A stretch of 64,000 nucleotides of DNA from Saccostrea echinata. Its lineage: Eukaryota. Below the pieces are notes generated by a model. It saw only the letters and a list, made by a program, of their open reading frames with translations, was not told the DNA's origin and did not search any database. Of this stretch, positions 40,454 to 53,632 are shown piece by piece. Within the stretch, counting starts at the first letter, position 1. The number at the start of each line of letters is the position of its first letter. The DNA lies in assembly GCF_033153115.1 (NCBI RefSeq), contig NW_026889762.1, forward strand, positions 2,356,001-2,420,000, read 5' to 3'. Position numbers and translations under genes: made by a program.

Positions 40454-42323
40454 TTTTGTTTTGTTTTTGTTTTTTTTTTTTTTTTTTTTTTGAAAATGAA
40501 AACTGTTAAACATTAATCAATAGATACAGTCGGTCTAACTGTTTTATTTAAAATACAGTTTAGTTGGACAAGTTTACAAACCTGTCAAGAGCTAGTAGGT
40601 TTAAAGCAATTTACAAAGAACACAGCTTTTCAATATCAAACTCGCCTATTCATTAAANNNNNNNNNNNNNNNNNNNNNNNNNNNNNNNNNNNNNNNNNNN
40701 NNNNNNNNNNNNNNNNNNNNNNNNNNNNNNNNNNNNNNNNNNNNNNNNNNNNNNNNNNNNNNNNNNNNNNNNNNNNNNNNNNNNNNNNNNNNNNNNNAAG
40801 ATAAGCACTTTAGACCACTATTATATGGTGTACTAAACATCCACTCACTTTCTCACTTCCTTGCAATAAAAGCGACATACACTAGCAATTACCATACTAA
40901 TCTCTCTTCATTTTCTTTGAGTTGTCGCTCCCTCACCCTTAGAAACAACAAATCAGCCATGGGTCACATCACATTTCAAGTGAAAGCTATGTGTTCATTG
41001 TTTTTACTCCAGTTTATCTTTATTAGACACCCTTCACGGTAGCTCAGTCTTTAGAGCGCTCCCTCCGTGTTCGGAAGGTCGTGAGTTCGAATGACTAAAG
41101 TCTAATTGATAGTGAAAGCTCTGTAAGATGCTCGTAGAGAAAAGCCAGAATCATCCTCACACCCAGTTTCAGAGATGTTGAATAAACTGTAAGCGATGAC
41201 CATTTAGTTTTCGTGTATGTGATCTAGTGTTGAAATAACTTAATTCTCCAGAGAACAGCATGCATGTATCATAATCATAGCATTCTTGAGGAGTTTATAT
41301 AAATACATGTATTATCATCCCCTAACTAGTATCACAGAGCATTCCTTCCTATTAACTTCTAAATTGACAAAATTGTGAATCATCAAATGAATGTATTTTA
41401 TTCATTTCACAGTATCACAATATTATTAAAGTAAATGAATGTGAATTAAAGATAATCTTTTTTTAAGTTGCATTTTAAGATACTAAGCTGATGACTGCAA
41501 ATCTTATGTAAATTATATGGAGGGAAAAATCACCAGTCTTATTCTAATGTGGATTACATGGATGTAAGCTCTAGTTGATGTTACAAATGATTTGATCAGT
41601 AATTAAGATGAAGGATATCATCATCAAAATTGATGTTTAAAAATAATTCAAATTTAGATTAAAAAAAAAAAAAGATGCACACCGCTAATTCATAATATTT
41701 TTTTATAATTACAGAAATATAAAGGAAAATGTTCATCTACACTGTTCCAAGAACACACGCATCACTTCCAATGGCAATATGGGATAAATTAAAACTCCAG
41801 ATGTTGTCACCTGATGAATTTTGTATCTTAATTCTATAATTCTATAAGACAAATTAAATTTGATAATATTTATACCAAGATTGTTCAATGTATAGCTCAT
41901 ATATTCAGTAGCTCTCATTTTGGGGGGTATTGCAATAAAGAATATATTTGCTTTAACAATAGGAAAATCCAAGGCCAAAGGAGCAGAAAAATGACTTGAA
42001 ATGGATTACGGAGTATCAAAGGGGCAGGAATGNNNNNNNNNNNNNNNNNNNNNNNNNNNNNNNNNNNNNNNNNNNNNNNNNNNNNNNNNNNNNNNNNNNN
42101 NNNNNNNNNNNNNNNNNNNNNNNNNNNNNNNNNNNNNNNNNNNNNNNNNNNNNNNNNNNNCAAGGTTTCCTAAACTTAACAACAAGAATTATGTTAAACA
42201 TTGCACAAGCTGGTGCTTTATAACAAAAATCGAACTCTAAAAAATCGTAGACTCCAAAATTTGACTCTAAACTTTATTCAATAACTCCACTAAATGCCTC
42301 TAGTCCATGAATTACACGGTGCC
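40104..42323. mobile_element. Non-autonomous Mutator-like element (MULE) 1
   Basis: ~85-bp TIR G(A/G)CACCGTGTAATTCATGGAC...; 9-bp TSD AAATAAAAC (40095-40103 and 42324-42332). Spans two N gaps and a SINE head (~41030-41093). Confidence 0.85.
40658..40797. other. Assembly gap (others at 42033-42160, 50481-50651, 56063-56190)
   Basis: Runs of N. Confidence 1.
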
Positions 42324-42580
42324 AAATAAAACTCATTTTTTCCTCCGCTTATTTATATAGCTGCGAATGATCAAGTCAACATGTTCTCGACGTGATAAAA
42401 AAAAACAAAGATTATTTATAAATGAATTTAAACTGATATTACAAACGTAAAAGAACAAGCAGTGTTTTTATATTATGGTTGAAATTCATCGTTTTTACAG
42501 TCTTTAAAAAAGATAAGCGTCTAACTACTTTAATCAGCTTAGAAAACCGGAATGTTTATAAACAATGTAACACTGGTGTC

Positions 42581-43530
42581 GGGTATGTGTAAAACACGAA
42601 ACGAGAAACAAGAAACGAGAAATGAGAAACGAGAAACAATAGCATAAAAAAAAAACAATGACCTAAAAATGTCAACCAAGGGGCAGCTTTTGCCTTGATT
42701 TCATTTTGTTAGAAAACAAGTGCTGAGTGAAATTAAAACATATAACTTAGGACAGATTTATCAGTGATCTGGCACTGCTAACCCATAAAGACATGACAGA
42801 TTTAATTAAATATCAACAGCTGAAAAGTACACAATTGGTAAGAGACAGATTCCTTCAAATTGTTTTTCTGCATTTTACATAATCAACAAAATGTTGAACA
42901 AAATCCTAAACAAAATGGTAAATAATATATTTATAAATAATTATTTATAAATAATATATTTATATTTTTGTTATATATGAAGTAAAGAAAACTATTATAT
43001 TAACATTGACAATAAATTTCACCAATAATACATGTATTACCAGAACTACTAAATCATTGTGGTAGGAAAAAGCTAATGATCAGTAACAGTTGATTCTTTT
43101 TGACAGAGGTATAGGTAGAGTTCTGATGTAGAAATTTGGACCATTATATATAGTATCATAACGGAAATACATCAAATTAGTTTATCAATGAAATTGTATC
43201 ATTTGATGATACCATTATTATTCTCAGCAAAACCTGAGTAAGCATTTCTTTCAGGTAATAGTATTGTATTAAATTAAATCTGTCAACATTTTATTATTTT
43301 TTTTTGTGTGTGTGAGGTAGTTGTGCGGGTCGATGATAAACCTGACCTAAGTTAGATATTTCATTTCACTCTGCATCTGTTATCTAACAAAACGAAATTA
43401 AAAGCACAAGCTGCCCCCCTTTGTTGACATTTTAAGGTCATTAGGTGCTTTATGCTGAATCTGACATTCCATTGTTTCTCGTTTCGCGTTTCTTGTTTCT
43501 TGTTTCTCGTTTCGTGTTTTACACATACCC
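42581..43530. mobile_element. Non-autonomous Mutator-like element (MULE) 2
   Basis: ~190-bp TIRs starting GGGTATGTGTAAAACACGAAACGAGAAACAAGAAAC; 9-bp TSD ACTGGTGTC (42572-42580 and 43531-43539). Confidence 0.9.
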
Positions 43531-43574
43531 ACTGGTGTCTGATATCGGTCAAATTTTCTAAATTTTGTGAAATA

Positions 43575-43785
43575 AATTTAACCAAATATTTGAACCAATT
43601 TGTATATGTTTTTAACTCCTAACCCTTTACAATCGTCTTTACAGACCAATAAATTCGCTTGTTTTGAATTTTCTGTCATCCGACAAAAATTCAAAACAAG
43701 CAAGTTTACTGGTCTGTAGAGGCAACTATAAAGGGTTAGGAGGTTGATAAAATATACAGGTTGGTCAAAAAATATGTCTAAAATT
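43575..43785. repeat. Degenerate palindromic (fold-back) element
   Basis: CTCCTAACCCTTTA...GCTTGTTTTGAATTTT...AAAATTCAAAACAAGC...TAAAGGGTTAGGAG, centred near 43680. Confidence 0.75.
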
Positions 43786-44724
43786 AAGGAGTGAAAGGTA
43801 GTTTAATGGCCAATGCTGGAAAGTGAAGAAAATCTTCCCAACCGTGTGCCAAAAATCTTGCGCCGTAAATTGCACAATATTTGCATCAGGGGATCTGTAG
43901 CGTTATGGCCAAGGACTAAAATATAAAACCATAGCGCTACAGTTCTGCGGCTAGTCACTGCAATGTTTGCAAAAACCACCTTTACTTGAGCGAAAATTTG
44001 ACGGACGCGTTAGGCCATTGTTTGATCTTAATTTTGACTACAGACTGCTCAATTACTTGACTAATACGGAGACCTTACTGTGGGTGTTATCATCTTAACC
44101 ATCTTAGAGACCTGATCCACCTGTGTCTATTTGGCAGAAATTAAGCTTAGGAAAGTAGCGAATCATGCAAAAGTTTATTTTTGTAAGTTCCGTTTTGCTC
44201 TTGGGATCGTGAATAAATGTCGATCCAGATAGACAGAGAAAAAAATATAAATGAGCTTATGTAATTCGTTATTTTTATTTGTAAATAATCTTCATAGTTA
44301 ATTAGATAATTCTTTCCTGATTTCAAACGAATACTACATAACTGGAGTTGCATTTTTCTCAAGATACCTTCGTTTAACAGTTATCCATAAATGTTCATGG
44401 TCACTAGCTTTCAGAATTTTTTTTAACACTTTTAACATATAAAAATTGAAAACATCTAATGGGAAAAAAGCAAATGATTTAAGTTTCAATAATAATGAAA
44501 AATGTTCATACATGTACATGTATATAAATAATGCAGTTTTCCGATCACAACATTCCATGATTCAAAGCAATTCCATCGGAAGAGCAAAACATTGATTAAA
44601 TAATAAGATCTGTATATCAATTAATATAAGAACAAACACGATTCTCCAGCAATTCTCACCTGTTACTACCTATAATTTATATCGATTGTTGCAATTTGAT
44701 ACCTTTGGATGATTCGTAATCTTT

Positions 44725-45065
44725 AAAGTTGAACTCAGTCGGTAGAGTGCTCGTTCGGAAATCGGAAGGTCCTGTGTTTAACTCTGACCTTGGCTGTCCC
44801 CAAGGTGATAAAAATAGGTACCAGCTGTTCTTTTGCCTGCACTTTGAAGTGAAAGTTGCGGGGCTCTCGGATGAGGCAAGAAAAACCGAGGCCCCGTGTT
44901 ATGGCAGCCGTTTACACAATAAAGATCCCTCACTGATCAATAATCCTGAGTGCCTTGTAAAAATCTGAATTTAAAGTCTTTCACCGGTATATGGTTATGT
45001 CTCTATATGAGTGAAAAATTCTCGAACTAAAAGTAATATAACAAACAATCAATAAATCAATCAAA
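44725..45065 (+). mobile_element. Decayed tRNA-derived SINE
   Basis: Collinear with the copy at 11736. Confidence 0.8.
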
Positions 45066-45141
45066 GTCAATTACTTATGTGCTTGTCTTATGCGAACATC
45101 TAGATGTGTATGCTTATATTACAGGCTACATATTACTTTAT

Positions 45142-46940
45142 TCAGTGTTGATATTTAATTTTCAAAACTTGTTTGTTTTTACATTGAACAACAAATTGTC
45201 ATTTGAATCTGTGCATAAACCCCTAGGATTGTCAAAATCACATTTAATAAATCGGAGGAACTGTCCATCCTGATCAATAACGTGCACACATTGATTGTCA
45301 TTGTCTGCTGTTAGGATACGACTCTGATCATCAGTGGTAATGCCACGTGGCTCGAATAGTTTGTTCTTTGGAGCAGGTTCGTGACCACGGTACCTAAATC
45401 TGAGCTTTCCGGCGGAATTGACTACAACTACTACTCTAGCCCTCCAGTCAGCAACACAGATGTCCATGTTCTTGTTTTCAGTCATGTATCTGTAATGACT
45501 ACCAGCTGAATAAAGAGGTTCGCCGTTTTCATGAAACTGAATCGTTTGTTTCTGTATGGATCCATAATAACGGGCAATTTTTGTTTGTTTGTTATCGTTG
45601 CTTTTCAACATAACAAGAAGGTCGCCAGACAAGGTACTGCAGATCTGGAGGGGTCTCCAATCATAAAGTCTCACTAATTCTTCTATTTTCTCATTGTTTA
45701 CAATATTAACCGTTCTATCATACTCGTCAGAATATGCTAGAAATCCTCTTTTTGTTACTGTTATATCATAGGGTCTCTTTCCAGTCTTTGTTTGGATTGA
45801 CTTAAGCAGTGGATTCCACTTGCCACTGAAGACCTTTCTTAAGTCAAAATTCTGATTGACTTGAAACAGTTTAATTGTGCTACTGTCACCGCTAATCCAA
45901 ATTTCATCATTGTTCAGGCAGGCAACATTGTAAGGTTCTTGATAGCCAGTATTAATGGTGGAGACATTTTCTGCTTCGTCAAGCAGTTGTGAATCAGTTG
46001 GGGAGCTTCTGCCTCCAGATTGATTTTGCTTGCCGAAATTAAAGAATCCAGATAAAGGTAATTTCAGATGGGCCAGAGAAAAGGATCCAGCCTCTTGTGG
46101 TTTTTGTTCTGAAGTCATGCCACAGTCCTGGTTTTCTCGGTTAATAGAAAATTCTGATAAATTCCCAAAAACTGGACAGAGGGTTTCTGGCAAAACTTTC
46201 TGTGGTGTGAAAATTGGTAAACGTATGTTAGGTTTGGGAGGAGAGTGCCTATACTCCTTATTCATGGATTTATATTCAAAGCAAAGCTGCATATCTTTAG
46301 ATGCTAGTAACAAGTCACACTTTTTTAATGTTTCACAAACTCTCAGAAGCATTTCTTTAATTTCAGATATGCATTTTTGAACTGCATTGGTATGTTTAAT
46401 TTTCATCAAGTGTACTTCACTTTTAAGTTTATAAACAAGTTTGTCAATTTCTTTGTGCCAGACTTCTCCATGTATTGTTATAGCTACTTTGATACTTTCA
46501 TACTCTTTTTCTAGTTGAGTCATTCCATTGCGTTAATCAGAAGCAATGACTTCATAGCCTGTTACAATGACATTATTTAACTAATCTCGATCTCTCTGAA
46601 TAGATTTCTTCTTAGTCTCGAAAGCATCTTTCACCAGAGTAAGGTTATGTGCTTTGTGACTTTCTGACGCAGTACACAAAAGACAAACAGGAACATCACA
46701 GTCATTACAGAACATTTCACACTGCGTACCTAAATGTGAGCTACATGAAGGAAAATTGACTTTGGGTTTTCTGTTCTTAAAATCAATAATATTGTGGGAT
46801 TTAGAAAGTTTTGCAGAAATGTGTTCTCCAACACAGGTTTTGCATAGGTTGACATAGCAAGTGTTGCAATACATCTGTACATTTGCTATCTCACAATTAG
46901 AACATCGTAACACGTCCTGGGCACTTGTGCGAGGATTCAT
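45142..46940 (-). pseudogene. RING-less TRIM-NHL-like gene 3, pseudogene
   Basis: ATG at 46940. In-frame stops TAG (46581-46583) and TAA (46533-46535). A frameshift near 45190 hides the paralogue-like end FVVQCKNKQVLKIKYQH* (stop 45142-45144). Confidence 0.88.
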
Positions 46941-48104
46941 GTTTGTGATGTTAGCTTATTTAGGTAATCTTGATCTGTAAAATAATACGAAATTATTTAA
47001 AAAATTATCTAATACAATTAAGCTTTACAAATATTATGTACCCTTGTGTGGACGTGTATTTCATTGCTAATAAGAGTTTTTATCATCTAATGTGAGAAAG
47101 ATGATTTGCACTAGACAGTTATTAGTTTGCACTTTGAACGTTTCTAATGTGGGTGTTCCTCCTCTAAATTTAGTTCGTCAATGAATTGAGAGAGGCAATA
47201 GAAACTTAATACACTGGAAATTGATTGGCTTTTTATATTCATCAGAATTTTGCGCAATCAGAAATCTGCTTTGGTATTTGTTTTTACATGTACATGTATC
47301 TTTTTAGTTCTCAGTAACTTCAAGTTGGTAATAAAATATCGAGTACGTTAGGTTGTCTTCCATCATTTTAACAAAACTTCTTGATCTTCGTGTATAAAGT
47401 ATGAGTCCAAAGAAGATGAATATTCCTCTATTTAATTTATATTTCCATGCCAACGTCTTTTTTTCTTTAAATACTACTATAGTTAAGGATACACATGCAT
47501 AGAAATACTCAAAACATTTATATATAAAGAAGGTGAATTGACTACATAAAATACTGGTAATGGAATAGAAACTTGAATTTTACCTGGTTGTTTTTTCTAC
47601 ACCTGAATTTTATTCCTGCTTTACTCTGATGTTCTATATTGTGAATGTCCGATACATTATCTACATGTAGATATGTTTGCATGCAAAGCACTCTATAAAA
47701 TAAGTTGACGTCTATTTACAAATGTAGATATATTATTGATAGCATTGTTTAGCTAAGATAGTATTGATAGCATTAGACATATTTTCTAATTAATCAATCA
47801 TCCCATCCTGCCACTGCTACATAAGGTTTATTCAAATCCATGACACCTTTAATTAAACTCTCTTTCAATGCCAATATAAAATTTACATAAATTTGAGTAT
47901 TTTGAAGGGTCCTTATCACTCCAGTTTGATTAATGGTTTTGTTTTTTTTTTTATTTTTATTTTTATTTTTTTTTTCATTAAACTCTCTGAACGATTAGAC
48001 AATAATAACAACTCTTCTAAACTTCCTTTGTAAAGCTTTTGTCGACTTGCAATCCATATCTCTGTATTCATTACTTGATATCGCGATTACTAAAACTAAT
48101 GGAA

Positions 48105-48465
48105 ATCTTTCGCGGTGAAGGTAGAAAACATCTGTTAGCCTGGGTAATGTGCTGTGTTGCATTCAACGCAAGATCGAGCATTGTGAATTTTAAAGGGCAG
48201 ATAAGAAGATGTCCTGGGGAAATATCTTGCGGAACACTCGCTGGACCACGTTAATAAAACTAAAGAGAAGGTATTCCTCATGTTTTATATTTTTATTGAT
48301 AGTTTTCACTAAGCCGACTCTTTTAATTAAATTCAACCATTTCCTTCTGATAATCGTTACTTTCGGAAGCTGATATAAAAACTCTAAACATTCCAAATTA
48401 GTCAACCTACTATTTGGAGTTCACCCTTGGCAATACATCGTACTTTTGGTATACTAATTGTTCGA
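48105..48465 (-). pseudogene. Decayed THAP zinc-finger coding relic (probably transposon-derived)
   Basis: Broken frames read PKVRCIAKG / NSRL...YQLPKVTIIRRKWLNLIKR / QRVFRKIFPQDIF / PRLTD, following the order of THAP motifs (CxxxxC, PxxxxxRxxW, RvCxxHF, RL...P). Confidence 0.5.
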
Positions 48466-49289
48466 GTCATTCAATTAATATTGTCAGTTATGTCTCGTAA
48501 ATCTCGGGATTTTTAGAGTTTCCTCGACTTCGCCGCAAAGGAGCGGTATTAAGATAGATAACTGTGGGGAAATTGCGATACTAAGTATTGAACTTATCAT
48601 TAAAACAATGATGTCTCCCATTAAACAAACCATAGTTTTCTGACAAAATATTCGCAGAAATATATTACTGTTTAGTAGAATTTGGTGTGAACTCAAAACC
48701 TTTTTTATATCTTGAAAGAATAAACGTGCAAGCAACCATCGTCCATCGTGAATTTTAATATTCGTTTAGTGCCTTGATAACTTTGATGTGAAAACGCTTT
48801 ATGGCTGAAAACATTCAATTTCATAAAAGTTTTTTTTAAAGGAAATGATGATATAACGAACATTATTCAACCTCATAAGTCCATTCAAAGACGAATTCTT
48901 CTGATATTTGTCGTATTTAAAAATTAATGAAATTTTCATAGATTCAAGAAGACAATATCAACAAGTAAGAATTCCTCCTTAAATAAGAATGCCTTCATTA
49001 AGAGGATGGAATGAATTTTACTCAATTTACCTTATTAATACGGAGAGCTCATGTCGATGTGATCCGTCGACAGGGATGCTCACTCATCCTGGGTACATGG
49101 CCCTGCCTCTTGTGATTCCAGGGGTACGATCTTGCCCTGTTTATAATATGCATCGTTTAATGGAATTATAAGTTAGATCAATGTTCGTTATTTTCACCAT
49201 TTACATTAACTTCTGTATACCTCTTTCATTTAAATAAATTACTTGCAAGTCCTCGAGGAAAAAGCTCTTTGTTCCATTCTTACCAAGGG

Positions 49290-50140
49290 CATTTTTGTCA
49301 AGAATATTATGTACGTCTTTTGATGTACAGGTCTTCCAACAATCTGTTGGAATTCCAATAAGTACTAATTGCACCCAGTTGTTAGCACAGCTATTTATGT
49401 ATTCATATGAGGCAGTTTAACACTTGCTGTGGCCTTCAACTGGACCATCAGATATATCGACGACGTGTTATCAAATAACAATAGCTACTTCCATTCATAT
49501 GTCTATTCGATTTTTCCCAGTGAGCTTGAAATAAAAGATACCGCAGAGTGTGTCACATCTGTTTCTTAGTCGGATATTGTAAAAGAAAAAAGACGTTAAT
49601 GGTAACCTAACAACCAAGCTTTATGATAAATGTGACGACTTCAATTTTTCAATCGTCTACTTCCCTTACCTATATAGCAATATACCCTTATCACCTGCAT
49701 ATGGGGTTAATGTCTCTCAGTTGATTTGATATGCGAGAGCATGCTCTACGTATAAACAATTTCTAAAACGAAGCAAGCTTTTGACAAACAAGTTGACGAA
49801 ACAAGGATATTAACAGTCTCGTTTGAAGTCATCATTTTGCAAGTTTTTTTTGTCGATACAATGACCTTGTCAGCAATTACAACAAATCATGAGTCAAATG
49901 CTGACTGACGCTTTTCATACCAATTGTTAGTCCATTATTTACAGACTGAATTGTTAACGTTTTTTTTATTTCTGATCATAACAAGGTGCACACCGCGGGT
50001 GTGCCTGGTCGGCAGGGGATGTTCACTCGTCCATGGCACTTGATCTCACCTCTGATGTTTTGGAGATCTGTGTTTGTTCTGCTCGTGATTTGTATTGTTT
50101 GAATGGACTTGAGCTTGAAATCTGTATCTTCATATATTTC
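49290..50140 (+). mobile_element. Penelope-like RT fragment (longest copy)
   Basis: Reads VFQQSVGIP...LFMYSYEA...RYIDDVLS...ELEIKDT...KLYDKCDDFNFSIVYFPYLYSNIPLSPAYG with stops, followed by the conserved 3' motif. Confidence 0.85.
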
Positions 50141-50944
50141 ACGTACAATGAACGCAGCAATAACAATATCTTGTTCAATTTTTGTCTTGAGGGAGGGTCA
50201 TTTTCTTTCTTTCTATTTTTTTTTATTTTGTAAAATTTTACAAAATTTATGCAACTATAACGTTCATTGATGTATTCATAAATTTCAGAAAATGTAGTTA
50301 TAAAACTCACTTCGAATTTTTGCTCAAGTATTTTAAGACTTAAAAGAAAACACATTCATGTTTCTTATATTTTACAAAAACAGTTTTGATAACGTGCACT
50401 TTTTTTGGGAGGCAGAATTTATTCAAATATTGTATTAAATGAGAAGAAAAGACATACGTTACATAAATATTCAAACATATNNNNNNNNNNNNNNNNNNNN
50501 NNNNNNNNNNNNNNNNNNNNNNNNNNNNNNNNNNNNNNNNNNNNNNNNNNNNNNNNNNNNNNNNNNNNNNNNNNNNNNNNNNNNNNNNNNNNNNNNNNNN
50601 NNNNNNNNNNNNNNNNNNNNNNNNNNNNNNNNNNNNNNNNNNNNNNNNNNNAATTTCAGTGTATTTAAGTGATAAACGGCACTACAGATTCGGTCACGTA
50701 TCTTCATATCTGGATGTTTTATCGAGCTTAGATATCAATGTCCAACTAACAAATAAACACTATGATAAACGGGATGTGTTAAATTAAACATTTGTATCGT
50801 AAGCTTCCAATATATATAATGCTGGAGCAATATTCCGTTACCGCATACATATTGTGTCTACGTCTTAAACAGATCCGCTGATTCACCACACAGGAACATT
50901 TTCTGTGTACGATCAATGCACGCTACAAAAAATATTTTAATTTG

Positions 50945-51312
50945 CCTAACAAAAAAAACTATAGTTAACTTATAGTTTACTATATTTAACTATTTTTAAC
51001 TATAGTGATGACTTTGACACGATGAAATCTATGGTCATCTATAGTGATAACATTTACACTTCGATCCACTATTGTGATCACTTGAAAACTTTGAAATACT
51101 ATAGTGATATCTATGAAAACTCTGATTTACTATTGTGAAAACTTTGATTTACTATAGTGATAACTTTGAAAACTTTGATTTACTATAGTGATAACTATGA
51201 CACTTTAGAGATCACTTTGAAAACGTTCATTAACTATAGTGATAAATATGACACTGATTTACTATAGTTAACTATAGTAAACTACAGCTTACTGTAGTAC
51301 TTTTTGTTAGAG
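50945..51312. mobile_element. MITE with an internal ~31-bp minisatellite, inserted in a Penelope-like fragment (50680-51490)
   Basis: Ends CTAACAAAAA..ACTATAGT and ACTGTAGTACTTTTTGTTAG; internal repeats of TTTACTATAGTGATAACTTTGAAAACTTTGA. Confidence 0.7.
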
Positions 51313-52769
51313 TTTACATTGATCAAAACAGTCTCGTTTAATATACGAAAATAGCAAATTCTATGGTCGTTATTTTGTCATTTTTACAAAAACAACATGC
51401 CAAATTGTCGTTTTTTTGACTGACATATTTCGTAACAAATTTTAGATAGATCAATACAGAGCGAACAGGGCGAATGTAAGCGATCGACCCGCAGCTAGGT
51501 TAAGGACGCCCATTAGAAATAAACCTTCAAATATTCCGAGAAAAAATGAGTATGGAGTTGATATTCTTTAAACAGCATGAGTTTTGATGAATGGGAATTC
51601 TACTAGATGCATATATCGTGTCTCTTCTGAGTTCGGCCAATGCGACTTCACTTACATCAGCTTTTTGCCATATGACATCCTTAAAATTAGAGAGAAAAAA
51701 AAATATGTACGGCTACAAAGATTGTAAAAGTACAACGATATACGGATATCTTTTGGCTATGTAATTGATTGTGTTTTCTTTGAGACAAATTCCTTAACAT
51801 GAAAAACGTTTGGAGCAATTTCCTTATGCCCGGGAATCATGTAAAATGTAGCCGTCTTTCGATAAAATTCCTACATTGACACAATAATTCATCTGTTAAA
51901 TACTACATGTAATAATATTAATAAGTTATTTTAAATTTGGGCAAATATTTGAATGCTGCCCCTTTGTTAAGACAAAACAATATCGATATATAACTGTAAC
52001 ACTATTTTCCTGTATATGTTTTTACGTTCACTCTCTCTGTATGTTTTTTTTCTTAATTGCATGTATTTGTTCATCTGATGAGACAGTTGGCTTAAGGAGA
52101 TATACTTGAAACTTGCATTGAAATAATGATAAATCACGGAAAAGGCAACAGCGCAGAACAAGCTTCCAGCGCTTTTTCAAAATGGTAGGTACAATAGCTA
52201 CAAATGTTTAAAACTCATAATTCATAGCGAAGGGGATATCTTTAATTTGAACTTTTGAGATTTTCGAAGGGATGTGCCTGTCATAAATGTGCTTTACTAC
52301 GGCTTTAATGGAGGTCTTAACATTTTCAATTTCATATGACTATAAAATATTGATTAATAAGCTTGGTTTATTTTAATTTTCATATTTACAAGCTAAAATA
52401 ATAGCTTGATACTCGACTCAGGTACACAGAAATTAGTCAAACTAGTCAGTGATGTCATCTCAGTCAGTGGAGCGAGATCTAGGTGACATTAATTCTACAT
52501 TCAAATAGTGTTATTATGGCAAGATAAGTTACACATCGATTTACGTTTACATTATTTATGAGAAAAGACTGAATCTGAGTGTGTATGAGAAAGAACAATA
52601 CTATTTATTCGCCTAGATTCAATTGCATAGTTTTAACTTGACGCCATAATCGTTTTCACGAAGCCCTGCATAAACTGATGTAAGTATGGGAGTCCTCAAC
52701 CTTGCTGCGAGCTGTTATAGCTGTTTAAAGCAAGCAGCACGTACGTTCCTTTCATTAATATTTCAGTTT

Positions 52770-52826
<57 letters not shown>

Positions 52827-53340
52827 TCTGAGAACATTCCGAATATATATACTTTGTTGATCAGTGCACGGTTTAACTGTTTTCTTGTTTTAGGACACAC
52901 TTGTTTATGATTATTCTATTGAGATTTTCTTCAAGAGCAGGAAGCTTGTTAATTTAGATTAACTATCAGTTAAGATTCAATTTGGGCAATACAGTTATAT
53001 CCCAGAACACATATTCCTAATATCCCTCATAAAACTTAAATTGTCAATTTAAAAACAGAGGAAAACTAAAACAAAAAGCCCAATAATGTTTGTCTTCTAA
53101 AATTTCTTACAAATCCATTTATCTTATTTTTTATTTTTTATTTTTTTTTGGGGGGGGGGGGAGGGGGTGTTTTTGTAGCTTGTATAATCTTATTTTATTT
53201 CCCATATATGTGCCATCTTTTTTTGTGTTATTGTTTTTTTTTTTTTTTTTTTTTTGTTTCTTTTTTTATTTATGTTTTCTGTAATACTAATTATTTTACT
53301 AAATGACATTCTTTAAAATAAGCATTGTACATTTATCATG

Positions 53341-53632
53341 TTTGTTATATCATTAAATATTCCAAAACATACTGCTAAATGGCTTCGACACCAGCTGTTC
53401 CTGTAGACATTTGGAAATACAGGGAAGAACATTCACAAATTATATGTAAAATGTTTCAAATAGGATAAACATTACGACAAATGCTTTTCAGTCTGTTTAT
53501 TTGTTGTATAATTAAATATTCCAAAACATGCTGCTAATAGGCCTCGAATCCAGCCGTTCATATTGACATCTGTTAATACAGGGAAGTGCATGCACAAATT
53601 ATAGCTAGATTGTGTTTCAAATAGGAGAACAC
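53341..53632. repeat. Diverged two-copy ~159-bp tandem duplication
   Basis: ATTAAATATTCCAAAACAT...AATACAGGGAAG...TGTTTCAAATAGGA occurs twice. Confidence 0.75.

Noticed and set aside
41735-41850. RHIM-like IQNSSG...SHIAIGSD on the minus strand
   Set aside because: Lacks the (I/V)Q(I/V)G core, lies inside a MULE, and has no gene model support.
40646-42240. ORFs containing X runs (also 50405-50707)
   Set aside because: Artefacts of N gaps.
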